64,000 bases of DNA from contig OZ245056.1 in NCBI GenBank assembly GCA_965224705.1, forward strand, positions 608,001 through 672,000. The letters run 5' to 3'. Positions 61,654 to 64,000 of this stretch are shown in pieces. Under the pieces are notes generated by a model. The model was given only the letters and a program-made list of their open reading frames with translations, ran no database searches and was not told the DNA's origin. Every line of letters starts with the position of its first letter. Position 1 is the stretch's first letter. The DNA is from Spirochaetaceae bacterium (lineage in GTDB: Bacteria; Spirochaetota; Spirochaetia; DSM-2461). The position numbers were made by a program, and so were the translations under genes.

Positions 61654-63030
61654 TCAGCACAATTCTTGAGAGCACAATCCAGCAAGATCGGGATCGTCCC
61701 CCTGATTGATGGATTTTACCCGAACGGAAAACAGCCGGTTCTGCACCTCATCGGGTGATTTTTTCCCCGGTACCTCGAATCGAACTGGAACATAATTAGC
61801 CGACAGACCACGGGCAACAAGTTGTTCCCGATCCCATTCAGTCCGCTCAACCAGAATTTCCTGCATGGATCCAATCATGGACTCCCGGAAAACTCTTTTT
61901 CCCCTCCTTGAAATATCCCGAATGAGTCGGCTCCTCTCCTTCTTCACCCTTTCAGGGATCTGATCGGGCATTCTGTCAGCACGGGTTCCTGTCCGTCTTG
62001 AATACGGAAATGTATGGATATGACCAAAACCCAGCCTCTCACACATGCTGGCCGTATCGGCAAAATCATTATCCGTCTCACCTGGAAATCCAACAATAAC
62101 ATCCGTTGTAAGATTGAATGATTTGATACGGCGTCGAAGCTCCCCGGCAATGCTCTCGAACCAGGCGGCTGTGTATGGCCGTTTCATAGCTTTCAGTATC
62201 CTTTCCGCCCCGGATTGGAGACACAGATGCATGTGCGGGGTCATTTTCGGATGTGCCATGAGATCCAGCAGGCCATTATCAAGGCGATCCGGTTCTATGG
62301 ATCCCAATCGCAAACGGAAGTTTCCCTGAGCATGAAGGCAGGCCTCCACCAGACTGGTAAACCCCTCTTCGCCCTCCTGCCATCGGCTCATGTTAACACC
62401 TGTTAGAACAATTTCTCTGTATCCGGAAGCAGCCGCCTCCTCAACAGCCTGAACCGTTTCCTCCAGTGAGCGGCTTATACCTCGACCGCGGACAAATGGA
62501 ATGATGCAGAAAGTACAAAAATGATCGCAGCCATCCTGCACCTTCACCATGGCTCGAGTCCGAAAAACCCGTTTTGCAACTGGATAGGCAAAGGGAGTTC
62601 TCCCGCCTTCCTGGAAATCAGATTGTATTTCTCTTTTGAAATATGCATCCACCAATTGAGGAATGCTGCTTTTATTCTCATTGCCCACAACATACGTGCG
62701 GCCGTCCGCCTCAAGTTCTTCCCTGTGTCCGTTCGCATAGCAGCCAGTCATCACAATAAGAGTTTCATCAGAGCCATGCCGTAAAGCATGAGACATTTCC
62801 GATCGGCTCTTCCTGTCAGCAGTATTGGTTACCGTGCAGGTATTGATGATAACGGCATCCACGGACTCTCTGTAATCGGCAATTTCCCAGCCCAGAGATT
62901 TGAATCCAGTGGCGATGGACTCTGTTTCAGCCTGGTTGAGTTTACAGCCCAGAGTTTTGAAGCTCACGCGCCGAGGTCTGGCCGAATGCTTCTGCACCCC
63001 TGTAAGTTCTGATGAATGAAGTGCCGACAT
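61654..63030 (-). CDS. mtaB: tRNA t6A37 methylthiotransferase
   Basis: TLGCKLNQAE, NTCTVT, KVQDGCDHFCTFC, HTFPYSRR. Confidence 0.9.
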   Translation of the reverse strand: MSALHSSELTGVQKHSARPRRVSFKTLGCKLNQAETESIATGFKSLGWEIADYRESVDAVIINTCTVTNTADRKSRSEMSHALRHGSDETLIVMTGCYANGHREELEADGRTYVVGNENKSSIPQLVDAYFKREIQSDFQEGGRTPFAYPVAKRVFRTRAMVKVQDGCDHFCTFCIIPFVRGRGISRSLEETVQAVEEAAASGYREIVLTGVNMSRWQEGEEGFTSLVEACLHAQGNFRLRLGSIEPDRLDNGLLDLMAHPKMTPHMHLCLQSGAERILKAMKRPYTAAWFESIAGELRRRIKSFNLTTDVIVGFPGETDNDFADTASMCERLGFGHIHTFPYSRRTGTRADRMPDQIPERVKKERSRLIRDISRRGKRVFRESMIGSMQEILVERTEWDREQLVARGLSANYVPVRFEVPGKKSPDEVQNRLFSVRVKSINQGDDPDLAGLCSQELC

Positions 63031-64000
63031 CAGAGTGTTTCCTCCCGAACGACAACTCCTTCCATGCTCAGAGGGCGGGCACCTGTAATCTTTACCTGCG
63101 CAAATTCGCCTGTGGCTGCGCCCTCGGCTTTGAGACGCACGGGGATGCGGCCCTCTGTATACCCGGAATAGAATCCCGGCCTGCGGTTTTTCTCAGTAAC
63201 CAGAACCCGAAAAACTTTTCCAACTCTGGCTTTACTGACTGGTTCTGCAATATCAGTGAGGAGACTGCTGAGAATGTGGAAGCGGCGTTCCTTTTCCTCA
63301 CGGCTTACATTGTCTTCCCAGTCGGCACTTTTTGCCCCCGGCCGCAGGCTGTAACGGGCGATGTAGGCCATATCGTATTGAAATTCCCGCATGGCACTGG
63401 CCGTAGCCTGAAACTGCTCTTCATTCTCATCGGTGAAGCCCACGATGATGTCTGTGAACAGAGTGGAATCAGGGAGAATTCTACGGATATCATTCACCAC
63501 TGCCCGGTACCGTTCCATTGTATGGTTTCTGTTCATTTTCCGCAGAACTTCATCGTCGCCGGACTGGAGGGGGAGATGGATCCATTCGGCCAGAACAGGA
63601 TATCGGGCCATAACCTCCAGGAGTTCCCGGGTAATGTCCCGGGGATGAGGAGAAGTAAAAAAAACCCAGAAGTCCCGGCTGCTTTGCTGACCAAACTCAC
63701 CGATTTTTCTCATCAGTTGAGGGAAAGTAAGTTCATCATTCAGGCGATCCAGACCATAGGAGTTGACGTTCTGTCCCAGCAGGGTAATGGATTTGCAGTT
63801 TCCGGCCACCAGAGATTGCACCTCGGATAAGATGTCTTCTGAAGGACGGGAAATCTCCCTGCCCCGAGTGTAGGGAACAGCACAGAAGGAGCAGAATTTA
63901 TTGCAGCCGTTCTGGATCGGTACATAAGCTTCAATTCGCGATGAGTAGCTGGGTTTCACGTTCCAGAATTCTTCAATCCGCTGGCGATCCTGTGCTTCAC
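63030..64000 (-). CDS. miaB: tRNA i6A37 methylthiotransferase (5' end outside the window)
   Basis: GCNKFCSFCAVPYTRGRE, LLGQNVNSY, TSPHP, HLPLQSG; frame open to the window edge. Confidence 0.88.
   Translation of the reverse strand, partial: EAQDRQRIEEFWNVKPSYSSRIEAYVPIQNGCNKFCSFCAVPYTRGREISRPSEDILSEVQSLVAGNCKSITLLGQNVNSYGLDRLNDELTFPQLMRKIGEFGQQSSRDFWVFFTSPHPRDITRELLEVMARYPVLAEWIHLPLQSGDDEVLRKMNRNHTMERYRAVVNDIRRILPDSTLFTDIIVGFTDENEEQFQATASAMREFQYDMAYIARYSLRPGAKSADWEDNVSREEKERRFHILSSLLTDIAEPVSKARVGKVFRVLVTEKNRRPGFYSGYTEGRIPVRLKAEGAATGEFAQVKITGARPLSMEGVVVREETL

Noticed and set aside
63012..63830. Long antisense ORFs (also 57563-58297 and 60412-60945)
   Set aside because: Shadows of well-supported opposite-strand genes, with no recognisable motifs

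Overview
A chromosomal window from a spirochaete (inferred from the FlaB-type flagellin, the rpmF-acpP-rnc block, the orphan groEL and the short ThrRS). Most of it is housekeeping: thrS, leuCD, argCBDG, asd, secDF-yajC, groEL, miaB/mtaB, a CCA-adding enzyme and tRNA-Thr. The standout is a tightly coupled minus-strand operon at about 6.9-17.0 kb, possibly extending to 20.1 kb. It joins three parts: a complete stand-alone polyketide beta-branching cassette (HMG-ACP synthase, ECH1, ECH2, a PksF-like ketosynthase that keeps its catalytic Cys, an AcpK-like ACP); dedicated type II FAS enzymes (FabD, FabG, FabZ, enoyl reductase); and a serine-palmitoyltransferase-like alpha-oxoamine synthase plus a bacterial ceramide-synthase-like GNAT. 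An MMPL/RND exporter lies directly upstream, and no modular PKS is present in the window. The inference is a pathway for methyl-branched sphingolipid/ceramide-like lipids in a spirochaete. Other notable items are an RpoS-like sigma factor with a sigma54 promoter, three families of small nested repeats/MITEs, a decayed IS, a candidate small RNA, and a kinase plus GH13_18 phosphorylase pair. All calls come from reading motifs by eye; no database searches were run.
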